From contig CAMCUO010000005.1 of assembly GCA_945879015.1 (NCBI GenBank), positions 1,306-65,305 on the forward strand: a stretch of DNA of 64,000 bases. The letters run 5' to 3'. The position numbers and the translations under genes were made by a program. Below are positions 48,327-55,760 of the stretch, piece by piece (within the stretch, counting starts at the first letter, position 1; each line of letters starts with the position of its first letter). Source of the DNA: Chitinophaga pinensis (GTDB lineage Bacteria; Bacteroidota; Bacteroidia; 2-12-FULL-35-15). Below the pieces are notes generated by a model. It saw nothing but the letters and a program-made list of their open reading frames with translations, did not search any database and was not told where the DNA came from.

Positions 48327-49115
48327 GTGTCGAAAGGCTTGTATTATAAAACGAAAGAAGAGATAGAATTAATAAGAGAAAGTTCTTTACTTGTTGGAAA
48401 AACTTTAGCCGAAGTTGCAAAAGTTATTAAACCCGGAATCACTACACTATCATTAGATAAAGTAGCGTACGAGTTTATTAATGATAACAAAGCAATTCCC
48501 GCTTTTTTGAATTACAGCGGTTTTCCGAATTCACTATGCATTTCTGTAAATGCACAAGTGGTTCACGGAATACCAGGAAAGTATGAATTAAAAGATGGTG
48601 ATATTGTTTCTGTTGATTGTGGAGTTATAAAAAATAAATTTTTTGGTGACTCTGCATATACCTTTGCAATAGGAGAAGTAAAGCCCGAAATTTTGAATCT
48701 CTTACAGGTTACAAAAGAAAGTCTTTACAAAGCAATTGAAGTATCAATAGTTGGAAAGCGATTAGGAGATGTTGGTGAAGCAGTTCAAGATTATGCCGAA
48801 AAAAATGGATACTCTGTAGTAAGAGAATTAGTTGGACACGGAATAGGACAGAATTTGCACGAAGCACCGGAAGTTCCAAATTATGGAAAAAGAGGAACAG
48901 GATTAAAGTTGCAAGAAGGGTTGGTAATCGCAATTGAGCCAATGATTAATTTTGGTAAAAAAGCAATTAAAACAGATAGTGATGGTTGGACAATTGCAAC
49001 TGCTGATAATTTACCATCAGCACACTTTGAGCACACAATAGCAATAGGAAAAAACAAAGCAGATATTTTATCAAGCTTTGAATATATTGAAGAAGTATTA
49101 AAGAATAAAAAATAA
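48327..49115 (+). CDS. map: Type I methionine aminopeptidase (GTG start)
   Basis: 262 aa with metal-site contexts VDCG, GHGIGQNLHE, IEPM. The start codon is gtg at 48327. Confidence 0.93.
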   Translation: MSKGLYYKTKEEIELIRESSLLVGKTLAEVAKVIKPGITTLSLDKVAYEFINDNKAIPAFLNYSGFPNSLCISVNAQVVHGIPGKYELKDGDIVSVDCGVIKNKFFGDSAYTFAIGEVKPEILNLLQVTKESLYKAIEVSIVGKRLGDVGEAVQDYAEKNGYSVVRELVGHGIGQNLHEAPEVPNYGKRGTGLKLQEGLVIAIEPMINFGKKAIKTDSDGWTIATADNLPSAHFEHTIAIGKNKADILSSFEYIEEVLKNKK

Positions 49116-49137
49116 AGATTAGGATTTTTAAAAAAGT

Positions 49138-49356
49138 ATGGCCAAACAATCATCAATTGAGCAAGATGGAACAATATTAGAAGCATTGTCAAATGCAATG
49201 TTTCGTGTTGAGCTCGAAAATGGACATGTGATTACAGCTCACATTTCAGGAAAAATGCGAATGCACTATATTAAAATTTTAACAGGCGATAAAGTAAAAA
49301 TTGAAATGTCGCCCTACGATTTAACAAAAGGAAGAATATCTTACAGATATAAATAA
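49138..49356 (+). CDS. infA: Translation initiation factor IF-1
   Basis: 72 aa, [30 protein letters not shown]. Confidence 0.97.
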   Translation: MAKQSSIEQDGTILEALSNAMFRVELENGHVITAHISGKMRMHYIKILTGDKVKIEMSPYDLTKGRISYRYK

Positions 49357-49395
49357 TAAAATAAAAGATTAGTAATAAAGTAATTCATAGAAATA

Positions 49396-49512
49396 ATGAA
49401 AGTTAGAACATCCATTAAAAAGAGAAGTGTTGACTGCAAAATCGTTCGCAGAAAGGGCGTTTTGTATGTAATCAACAAAAAAAATCCTAAGTTTAAACAA
49501 AGACAAGGATAA
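49396..49512 (+). CDS. rpmJ: 50S ribosomal protein L36
   Basis: Not in the ORF track (38 aa). My translation is [38 protein letters not shown]. Confidence 0.92.
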   Translation: MKVRTSIKKRSVDCKIVRRKGVLYVINKKNPKFKQRQG

Positions 49513-49564
49513 TTAAAAACGAAAATTCAATGTGATAAAATCACATTATTAAACAAAAAATAAA

Positions 49565-49942
49565 ATGGCTAGAATTGCAGGTATTGACTTACCAAACAAC
49601 AAAAGAGGAGAAATCGGTTTAACATATATTTATGGTATCGGCCGTAGTACTGCTCAAAAAGTATTGACAGAAGCAGGAATCGATTGGAACGTTAAAGTTC
49701 AAGATTGGAATGACGATCAGTTAACTGCTATTCGTACAATCTTAACTGATAAATATAAATTAGAAGGTTCTTTACGTTCTGAAGTTCAATTAAACATTAA
49801 ACGTTTGATGGATATTGGTGCTTACAGAGGAATTCGCCATCGTGTTGGTTTACCAGTTCGTGGACAAACAACTAAAAACAACGCACGTACTAGAAAAGGT
49901 AAGCGTAAAACAGTTGCAAACAAGAAAAAAGTAACTAAATAA
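49565..49942 (+). CDS. rpsM: 30S ribosomal protein S13
   Basis: 125 aa, [10 protein letters not shown]. Confidence 0.97.
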   Translation: MARIAGIDLPNNKRGEIGLTYIYGIGRSTAQKVLTEAGIDWNVKVQDWNDDQLTAIRTILTDKYKLEGSLRSEVQLNIKRLMDIGAYRGIRHRVGLPVRGQTTKNNARTRKGKRKTVANKKKVTK

Positions 49943-49943
49943 A

Positions 49944-49977
49944 CCTCTCCCCAACCCTCTCCAAATAGAGAGGGAGG
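49944..49977. repeat. Family C mini-palindrome (cctctccccaaccctctccaaatagagagggagg)
   Basis: Hairpin ccctct-ccaaatag-agaggg, directly after the rpsM stop. Confidence 0.55.
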
Positions 49978-50043
49978 ATAAGGAAAAAAAAGTAAATTAA
50001 TTAAACGGTCAGCGTTAACTGACGATCATATAAATAAAAACAA

Positions 50044-50454
50044 ATGGCTAAAACAAATCAAGCAACAACTACAGTAAAAGCTGCCGCTAAGAAAAGAGTT
50101 GTAAAAGTAGATGCAATTGGCGAAGCGCATATCAATGCTACCTTCAACAATATCATCATTTCATTAACAAATTTAACTGGACAAGTTATTTCTTGGTCTA
50201 GTGCTGGAAAAATGGGTTTCCGTGGTTCTAAGAAAAACACACCTTATGCAGCTCAATTAGCAGCTTCAGATTGTGCTAAAGTTGCTTACGACAATGGATT
50301 GAGAAAAGTGAAAGTATTTGTAAAAGGTCCAGGTGCTGGTCGTGAATCGGCTATCCGTACTTTAGCAGCTGCTGGAATTGAAGTTACAGAAATCATGGAT
50401 ATCACGCCAATCCCTCACAATGGTTGTCGTCCTCCAAAACGCAGAAGAGTATAG
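50044..50454 (+). CDS. rpsK: 30S ribosomal protein S11
   Basis: 136 aa; sequence is typical. Confidence 0.97.
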   Translation: MAKTNQATTTVKAAAKKRVVKVDAIGEAHINATFNNIIISLTNLTGQVISWSSAGKMGFRGSKKNTPYAAQLAASDCAKVAYDNGLRKVKVFVKGPGAGRESAIRTLAAAGIEVTEIMDITPIPHNGCRPPKRRRV

Positions 50455-50558
50455 AAGAAATTATAAATTATGAATTAGTAATGAAAAATGATAATCATAA
50501 TTTGTAGCAAAAAAATAAAAATTTATAATTCATAATTTACAATTTATAATTACAACAA

Positions 50559-51164
50559 ATGGCAAGATACATCGGCCCCAAATCAAGAATAGCAAGAAAA
50601 TTTAAAGAACCAATTTTTGGTCCTGATAAAGTATTAGAAAAAAAGAACTACCCTCCTGGACAACATGGTTTGTCTAAGAAGCGTTCGAAGCAATCAGAAT
50701 ATGCTGTTCAGTTACAAGAGAAACAAAAAGCAAAATATACTTACGGTATTTTAGAGCGTCAATTCTGGAAAATTTATACAATGGCTCAACGTGCACATGG
50801 TGTTACAGGTGAGGTATTGTTACAATTGATCGAATCTCGTATCGATAACGTTGTTTATCGTATGGGTATTTCTCCTACACGTAGTGGTGCTCGCCAATTA
50901 GTTGGTCACCGTCACATTACTGTTAACGGAAACGTAATGAACATTCCTTCTTATATTTTAAAACCAGGTGATATTGTTGCAGTTCGTGAGCGTTCAAAAA
51001 CATTAGAAGTAATTAGTGCTAGTGTTTCTGGTGCTAATAATGCTTACCCTTGGATGGATTTTGATAAAACTTCTATGACAGGAAAATTCATTTCTGTTCC
51101 TGAAAGAGTTCAAATTCCAGAAAATATTAAAGAACAATTAATTGTCGAATTGTACTCTAAATAA
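50559..51164 (+). CDS. rpsD: 30S ribosomal protein S4
   Basis: 201 aa, [15 protein letters not shown]. Confidence 0.97.
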   Translation: MARYIGPKSRIARKFKEPIFGPDKVLEKKNYPPGQHGLSKKRSKQSEYAVQLQEKQKAKYTYGILERQFWKIYTMAQRAHGVTGEVLLQLIESRIDNVVYRMGISPTRSGARQLVGHRHITVNGNVMNIPSYILKPGDIVAVRERSKTLEVISASVSGANNAYPWMDFDKTSMTGKFISVPERVQIPENIKEQLIVELYSK

Positions 51165-51239
51165 TAGAGAATTAGTATTGGTGCTTGCATCATTTATAAG
51201 AAAAATTAAAATAGTAATTAACTTAATAAAATATAACAC

Positions 51240-52232
51240 ATGGCAATTTTAGCTTTTCAAAAACCTGATAAGGTAATTATGATTAACTCTAGTGAAACTG
51301 AAGGTCAATTCGAATTCCGTCCTCTAGAGCCTGGTTATGGTATTACTGTTGGTAATGCTTTAAGAAGAATTTTATTGTCATCTTTAGAAGGCCATGCTAT
51401 CACTACTATCAAAATAGAAGGTGTTGATCATGAATTTTCTACACTTAAAGGTGTTGCAGAAGATATAACTGAAATCATTTTGAACTTAAAACAAGTTCGT
51501 TTCAAAAAGCAAATTGAAACAACAGATTTCGAAAAAGTAACGGTAACAGTTACTGGTAAAAGTCAGTTAACTGCTGGAGATATCGGTAAATTTACTTCAG
51601 GATTCCAAGTATTAAATTCAGATCTAGTTATCTGCAACATGGAATCAAACGTGAAATTGAAAATTGAATTAACAATTGATAAAGGTCGTGGTTATGTTCC
51701 TGCTGAAGAGAACAAACCAGTAAATGCTTCTGCTGGATTAATTCCAATCGATTCTATCTACACTCCAATCAAAAATGTTCAATACAGCATCGAAAACTTC
51801 CGTGTTGAGCAAAAAACAGATTATGAGAAGTTGATTATGAACATCACAACTGATGGTTCTATTCATCCGAAAGAAGCTTTGAAAGAAGCTGCTAAAATTT
51901 TAATTCACCACTTCATGTTATTCTCTGATGAGCGTATCACTTTGGATACTGAAGAAAAAATGGCTACTGAAGAGTTTGATGAAACATCATTACACATGCG
52001 TCAGTTGCTTAAAACTAAACTAGTTGATATGGATTTGTCAGTTCGTGCTTTAAATTGCTTAAAAGCTGCTGATGTTGAAACTTTAGCTGATTTAGTATCA
52101 TTTGCAAAACACGACCTTTTAAAATTCAGAAACTTCGGTAAAAAATCACTTACTGAATTGGAAGACTTAGTTGCAAACAAAGGTTTGACTTTCGGAATGA
52201 ACTTAGCAAAATATAAATTAGATAAAGAATAA
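51240..52232 (+). CDS. rpoA: DNA-directed RNA polymerase alpha subunit
   Basis: 330 aa, [25 protein letters not shown]. Confidence 0.97.
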   Translation: MAILAFQKPDKVIMINSSETEGQFEFRPLEPGYGITVGNALRRILLSSLEGHAITTIKIEGVDHEFSTLKGVAEDITEIILNLKQVRFKKQIETTDFEKVTVTVTGKSQLTAGDIGKFTSGFQVLNSDLVICNMESNVKLKIELTIDKGRGYVPAEENKPVNASAGLIPIDSIYTPIKNVQYSIENFRVEQKTDYEKLIMNITTDGSIHPKEALKEAAKILIHHFMLFSDERITLDTEEKMATEEFDETSLHMRQLLKTKLVDMDLSVRALNCLKAADVETLADLVSFAKHDLLKFRNFGKKSLTELEDLVANKGLTFGMNLAKYKLDKE

Positions 52233-52242
52233 AAACAGATTA

Positions 52243-52304
52243 GAGATATGAGATGTGAGATGTGAGACGTTTAGTTTTATCTCACATCTCACATCTCACA
52301 TCTC
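52243..52304 (+). repeat. 25-bp-stem hairpin whose arms are tandem heptamers (gagatgt x3 / acatctc x3), between rpoA and rplQ
   Basis: Left arm gagatatgagatgtgagatgtgaga (52243-52267), 12-nt loop, right arm tctcacatctcacatctcacatctc (52280-52304). There is one mismatch. Confidence 0.85.
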
Positions 52305-52319
52305 AATACTAAAAATAAA

Positions 52320-52814
52320 ATGAGACACGGAGATAAATTAAATAATTTAGGCAGAAAAACTGCTCATCGTAAGGCGATGTTAGCTAATATGGCTAGTTCA
52401 TTAATTTTACACAAACGCATTAGCACTACGCTTGCAAAAGCAAAGGCATTGAGAATTTATGTTGAGCCAATTTTGACAAAATCAAAAGATGATTCAACTC
52501 ATTCAAGACGTACGGTTTTTGCATATTTGGGTAACAAAGAAGCAGTAGAAATGCTTTTCAAAGATATATCATCAAAAATTGCTGATCGTCCAGGTGGATA
52601 CACTAGAATTCTTAAGACTGGTGGCCGTTTAGGCGATAATGCTGATATGTGCTTTATCGAATTGGTTGACTTCAACGAAAATATGTTAGCTGCTAAAGCT
52701 CCTGCTAAAGCTAAAACATCTAGACGTGGTGGTAAAAAGAAATCAACAGATACAACAGCTAAAACAGTTGAAAAAACTGAAGAATCAACAGATGACAACA
52801 CAAAAAGTGAATAA
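52320..52814 (+). CDS. rplQ: 50S ribosomal protein L17 (with C-terminal low-complexity extension)
   Basis: 164 aa, [21 protein letters not shown]. Confidence 0.96.
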   Translation: MRHGDKLNNLGRKTAHRKAMLANMASSLILHKRISTTLAKAKALRIYVEPILTKSKDDSTHSRRTVFAYLGNKEAVEMLFKDISSKIADRPGGYTRILKTGGRLGDNADMCFIELVDFNENMLAAKAPAKAKTSRRGGKKKSTDTTAKTVEKTEESTDDNTKSE

Positions 52815-52840
52815 TTTGTTGACTTAATATTTTTAATCTT

Positions 52841-52877
52841 AAAAAGGATAAAGTAATTTTGCTTTATCCTTTTTTTA
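52841..52877 (+). terminator. Rho-independent terminator ending the ribosomal array
   Basis: aggataaag-(8 nt)-ctttatcct followed by ttttttt. Confidence 0.7.
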
Positions 52878-52885
52878 TGCACGGA

Positions 52886-52922
52886 CCTCACCCCGACCAT
52901 CTCCTTGGAGAAGGAGAGGGAG
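52886..52922. repeat. Family C-like C-rich/G-rich element (acctcaccccgaccatctccttggagaaggagagggag)
   Basis: Hairpin ctcctt-ggag-aaggag flanked by C-rich and G-rich arms. Confidence 0.45.
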
Positions 52923-52935
52923 AAAAAGAAAAACT

Positions 52936-54072
52936 ATGAAGTATACAGCAAAAACTCCCGCAATTTTATTACTTGAAGATGGTAAAGTATTTCACGGAAA
53001 AGCTGCCGGAAAGATTGGTATAGCTACTGGTGAAATATGCTTCAATACTGGGATGACCGGATACCAGGAAATATTTACAGATCCTTCTTATTTCGGACAA
53101 ATCATTGTAGCAACCAATGTACACATTGGAAATTACGGGGTAAATAAAGATGAAGTGGAATCAGACTCTATTAAAATTGCTGGTTTAGTTTGTAAACAGT
53201 TCAATGAGTTTCATTCCCGTAAACGTTCTGATGGCTCTTTAAAGGATTATTTTGTAGATGGAAACATTGTTGCCATTTCAGATGTAGATACACGCGCAAT
53301 CGTTCGTTATATTCGTGATAAAGGCGCTATGAATTGTATCATTTCCTCAGAAACGCAAGACATATCAGTTCTTAAAGAAAAACTTTCAAAAGTGCCTTCT
53401 ATGGCTGGCTTAGAGCTTTCCTCAAAAGTAAGCACCACTAAACCTTATTTTGTTGGAGATCCTAATGCTGATTATAAAGTTGCAGTAACAGATTATGGTG
53501 TAAAGAAAAACATCTTGCGTTCATTGGTTGAGCGTGGTTGTTATTTGCAAGTATTTCCTATGAAAACTTCTTTCGAAGAAATGAAAAAATGGAATCCTGA
53601 TGGATTTATGATTTCAAACGGACCCGGTGATCCATCTGTTATGAATGAAGAGATTGTAACAATTAAAACAATTATAAATTCGGGTATTCCAACATTCGGA
53701 ATTTGTTTGGGACATCAATTGATTGCTGAAGCTTCAGGAATTTCAACATTTAAAATGCATAAAGGACACAGAGGAATTAATCATCCTGTAAAAAATATTC
53801 TTACTGGTAAAAGTGAAATTACTTCGCAAAACCATGGATTTGGTGTAAAGGCAGAAGATGTTGCCAAAGTGAAAAATATGGAAGTAACACACATCAACTT
53901 AAATGATAATACTATTGAAGGATTACGTTATACTGATAGAAATGTTTTCTCTGTTCAATATCACCCGGAAGCTTGTCCAGGTCCATACGATGCCCGCTAT
54001 TTATTTGATGATTTTATTACTATGATTTCATCAGTAAAAAAGAAAGAAAAGAAAACGGCTGTTCCAGCTTAA
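52936..54072 (+). CDS. carA: Carbamoyl-phosphate synthase small (glutaminase) subunit
   Basis: 378 aa, GICLGHQL nucleophile context, VQYHPE. Confidence 0.93.
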   Translation: MKYTAKTPAILLLEDGKVFHGKAAGKIGIATGEICFNTGMTGYQEIFTDPSYFGQIIVATNVHIGNYGVNKDEVESDSIKIAGLVCKQFNEFHSRKRSDGSLKDYFVDGNIVAISDVDTRAIVRYIRDKGAMNCIISSETQDISVLKEKLSKVPSMAGLELSSKVSTTKPYFVGDPNADYKVAVTDYGVKKNILRSLVERGCYLQVFPMKTSFEEMKKWNPDGFMISNGPGDPSVMNEEIVTIKTIINSGIPTFGICLGHQLIAEASGISTFKMHKGHRGINHPVKNILTGKSEITSQNHGFGVKAEDVAKVKNMEVTHINLNDNTIEGLRYTDRNVFSVQYHPEACPGPYDARYLFDDFITMISSVKKKEKKTAVPA

Positions 54073-54088
54073 GAGCTTTTGTATTTAG

Positions 54089-54850
54089 TTATATTTTTAT
54101 TCCTGTCCTTACAGTATAATCTATTCTGTTTAAAAGAATTTTTTCTGGAGATACTTCAAAGTATTCATCTACTGCTTTCCTCGCACCTTCCCAATGGCCA
54201 TAGTCATCAATTATAAGAACGCCTTTTTTTACAAGTAGTGGGAATAAATGCAATAATTCGTGTTTTGTTGATTCATACCAATCAGTATCAAGTCGTAAAA
54301 TACTTATACTGGTAGGCAAAACAAAAGGGATTGTATCTTCCACTTTTCCTTTAGTAAAAATAATTTTTTCAGAATTATATCCAGTAGAAAGCATGTTTTT
54401 TTTGACCTCATCAAGCGGACCATAACACCATATTATATCCTTTTCTTTTTCCGTTTTATTCAAAAGCTTTTTTGCAGAATTGCCACCAAAATCGACATCT
54501 TTTTCTGTGGGTTCTGACATGCCTTCAAAAGTATCATAGAGGTATATTTTTCTAGATGTGTCTTTAAAATGGATTAAAGTCAATGCCATCATCATTGCGC
54601 TGCCACCTTTGTAAACGCCACATTCTACAAAATCACCGGGTATTTTATTTTTAACAATGTATTCTACACTTTTAAATAATGAATACATGGGCTCAACTGA
54701 ACAAGTGGAAAACTGTTTGCATTTGTTGTAAATGGCTTCAAAATCAGGCTCCGTCATATCAATCGGAATCCCTGATTTGTTTATTGTGGAATCAGTTTTT
54801 TTGATTTCATAGCCAATATTTCGAAGAGTTTTTTTTATAAAATGTTTCAT
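54089..54850 (-). CDS. TylF/MycF-family class I SAM-dependent O-methyltransferase
   Basis: FVECGVYKGGSAMMMA, LYDTFEGM, LRLDTDWYEST, IIDDYGHWEGA. Confidence 0.75.
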   Translation of the reverse strand: MKHFIKKTLRNIGYEIKKTDSTINKSGIPIDMTEPDFEAIYNKCKQFSTCSVEPMYSLFKSVEYIVKNKIPGDFVECGVYKGGSAMMMALTLIHFKDTSRKIYLYDTFEGMSEPTEKDVDFGGNSAKKLLNKTEKEKDIIWCYGPLDEVKKNMLSTGYNSEKIIFTKGKVEDTIPFVLPTSISILRLDTDWYESTKHELLHLFPLLVKKGVLIIDDYGHWEGARKAVDEYFEVSPEKILLNRIDYTVRTGIKI

Positions 54851-54975
54851 GCTTGCTTCTAATTATGGTGAACAGCTTCCATAATGCTATTTCAATGGCA
54901 ATTTATGTCGCCTTTTCGAGTATGATCTCTTGACGATATTGTTAACTATTACTAGTGACCTCGAAGGGAGTCGAA

Positions 54976-55015
54976 TGGCGAGACTTTGCTCGCCACCGGG
55001 AGCAGTGCCTCGTGG
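54976..55015. repeat. Double-hairpin insert E1 (tggcgag-actttg-ctcgcca + ccgggag-cagtgc-ctcgtgg)
   Basis: Inserted at the T-stem/T-loop junction of the relic tRNA. It is the most diverged of the four copies. Confidence 0.7.
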
Positions 55016-55059
55016 CCCATAACCTTCGGTACCGGAAACCGACACTCTATCCAGTTGAG

Positions 55060-55100
55060 TGGCGAGGCTTAGCTCGTCATCGCGAGCTACGCCTCGCCAC
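55060..55100. repeat. Double-hairpin insert E2 (tggcgaggcttagctcgtcatcgcgagctacgcctcgccac)
   Basis: Inserted between tRNA positions 10 and 11 (D-stem). Confidence 0.75.
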
Positions 55101-55114
55101 TACATAATAATTTG

Positions 55115-55188
55115 TGACCTCGAAGGGAGTCGAACCCCCAACCTTCGGTACCGGAAACCGACACTCTATCCAGTTGAGCTACGAAGCC
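55115..55188 (-). tRNA. tRNA-Arg (anticodon CCG)
   Basis: Hand fold of GGCTTCG-TA-GCTC-AACTGGATA-GAGT-G-TCGGT-TTCCGGT-ACCGA-AGGTT-GGGGG-TTCGACT-CCCTT-CGAGGTC-A, 74 nt, no encoded CCA. Four G-U pairs fall in the acceptor and T stems. Confidence 0.75.
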
Positions 55189-55202
55189 AAATTTGTTTTT
55201 TA

Positions 55203-55264
55203 CTCAGTTGAGTGGCGAGGTTTCACTCGCCATCGCGAGTTTTTTGCCTCGCGACTACGAAGCC
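55203..55264 (-). pseudogene. 5' fragment of tRNA-Arg (positions 1-19) with double-hairpin insert E3
   Basis: ctcagttgag + insert + ctacgaagcc. It ends 14 nt before the intact tRNA. Confidence 0.7.
55213..55255. repeat. Double-hairpin insert E3 (tggcgag-gtttca-ctcgcca + tcgcgag-ttttttgc-ctcgcga)
   Basis: Same D-stem insertion point as E2 and E4. Stems are conserved and loops differ. Confidence 0.75.
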
Positions 55265-55292
55265 ATATTTGTTGCAAAGGTAAATTATCTAA

Positions 55293-55553
55293 TTATACTT
55301 TATCGAAATATTTAGTAATGAGTTTATGAAGGTTTTCTGTATTTAAATTTTTCAATTTTTTCTCTAAAATCATCGCATCTGAGCGGCTTTGTTTTTCAAA
55401 ATATCCTATTAATTCCCAAGGAATATATGGTTTTGTAGATTTTTCAATCCCTGAATTGTGCCTATTTAATCTATCTTTAATACTGTTTTTTTGCCCAATA
55501 TAAAAGCGATTGTGACTTTTTGAATGTAAAATATATACGTAAAATTCTACCAT
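55293..55553 (-). CDS. Small GIY-YIG nuclease-family protein
   Basis: 86 aa: FYVYILHS...RFYIGQKNSIKDRLNRHNSG...ILEKKLK (GIY, YIG, Arg and Glu elements). Confidence 0.8.
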   Translation of the reverse strand: MVEFYVYILHSKSHNRFYIGQKNSIKDRLNRHNSGIEKSTKPYIPWELIGYFEKQSRSDAMILEKKLKNLNTENLHKLITKYFDKV

Positions 55554-55562
55554 AATTTATTG

Positions 55563-55654
55563 CCAAACCTTCGGTACCGGAAACCGACACTCTATCCAGT
55601 TGAGTGGCGAGGCTTTGCTCGCCATCGCGAGCTACGCCTCGCGACTACGGAACC
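55563..55654 (-). pseudogene. 5' two-thirds of a second tRNA-Arg(CCG) allele (positions 1 to about 48) with insert E4, truncated where the GIY-YIG gene begins
   Basis: ccaaaccttcggtaccggaaaccgacactctatccagttgag + insert + ctacggaacc. The acceptor 5' strand is GGTTCCG, against GGCTTCG in the intact copy. There is no T arm. Confidence 0.7.
55605..55645. repeat. Double-hairpin insert E4 (tggcgag-gctttg-ctcgcca + tcgcgag-ctacgc-ctcgcga)
   Basis: Cleanest copy, with two perfect 7-bp stems. Confidence 0.8.
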
Positions 55655-55760
55655 ATTATGTTGTAAAGATATTAACTATTTCCCTATGTTTTTATTAGAA
55701 GCAATACAATAAAATCAGTACTTTTATGTTTATATAATGCACTAATTGTGTTTATCTATA

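Larger units (their letters stand above)
54955..55103 (-). pseudogene. Degenerate tRNA-Arg(CCG) copy carrying two 40-41 nt double-hairpin inserts and lacking the 5' acceptor strand
   Basis: It matches the intact tRNA over the T-loop/3' acceptor segment (54955-54975) and the D-loop to variable-loop segment (55021-55059). It is interrupted at 54976-55015 and 55060-55100, and the 5' acceptor is replaced by ataataa. Confidence 0.7.

Noticed and set aside
33640-52814. Absence of tuf after fusA and of adk after secY as a possible deletion or rearrangement
   Set aside because: As far as I know, this gene order is the normal Bacteroidota arrangement. No scars or pseudogene fragments are visible at those junctions.
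34717-52900. Numerous 60-133-aa antisense or out-of-frame ORFs inside ribosomal, fusA, secY and map genes (e.g. 41532-41924, 52499-52900, 48881-49198, 40469-40783)
   Set aside because: All overlap strongly conserved genes. They are expected by chance in AT-rich sequence with few stop codons on the antisense strand.
55114-55329. 71-aa plus-strand ORF
   Set aside because: It is translated across the antisense of the tRNA-Arg gene and tRNA relics and overlaps the GIY-YIG gene. It has no coding signature.
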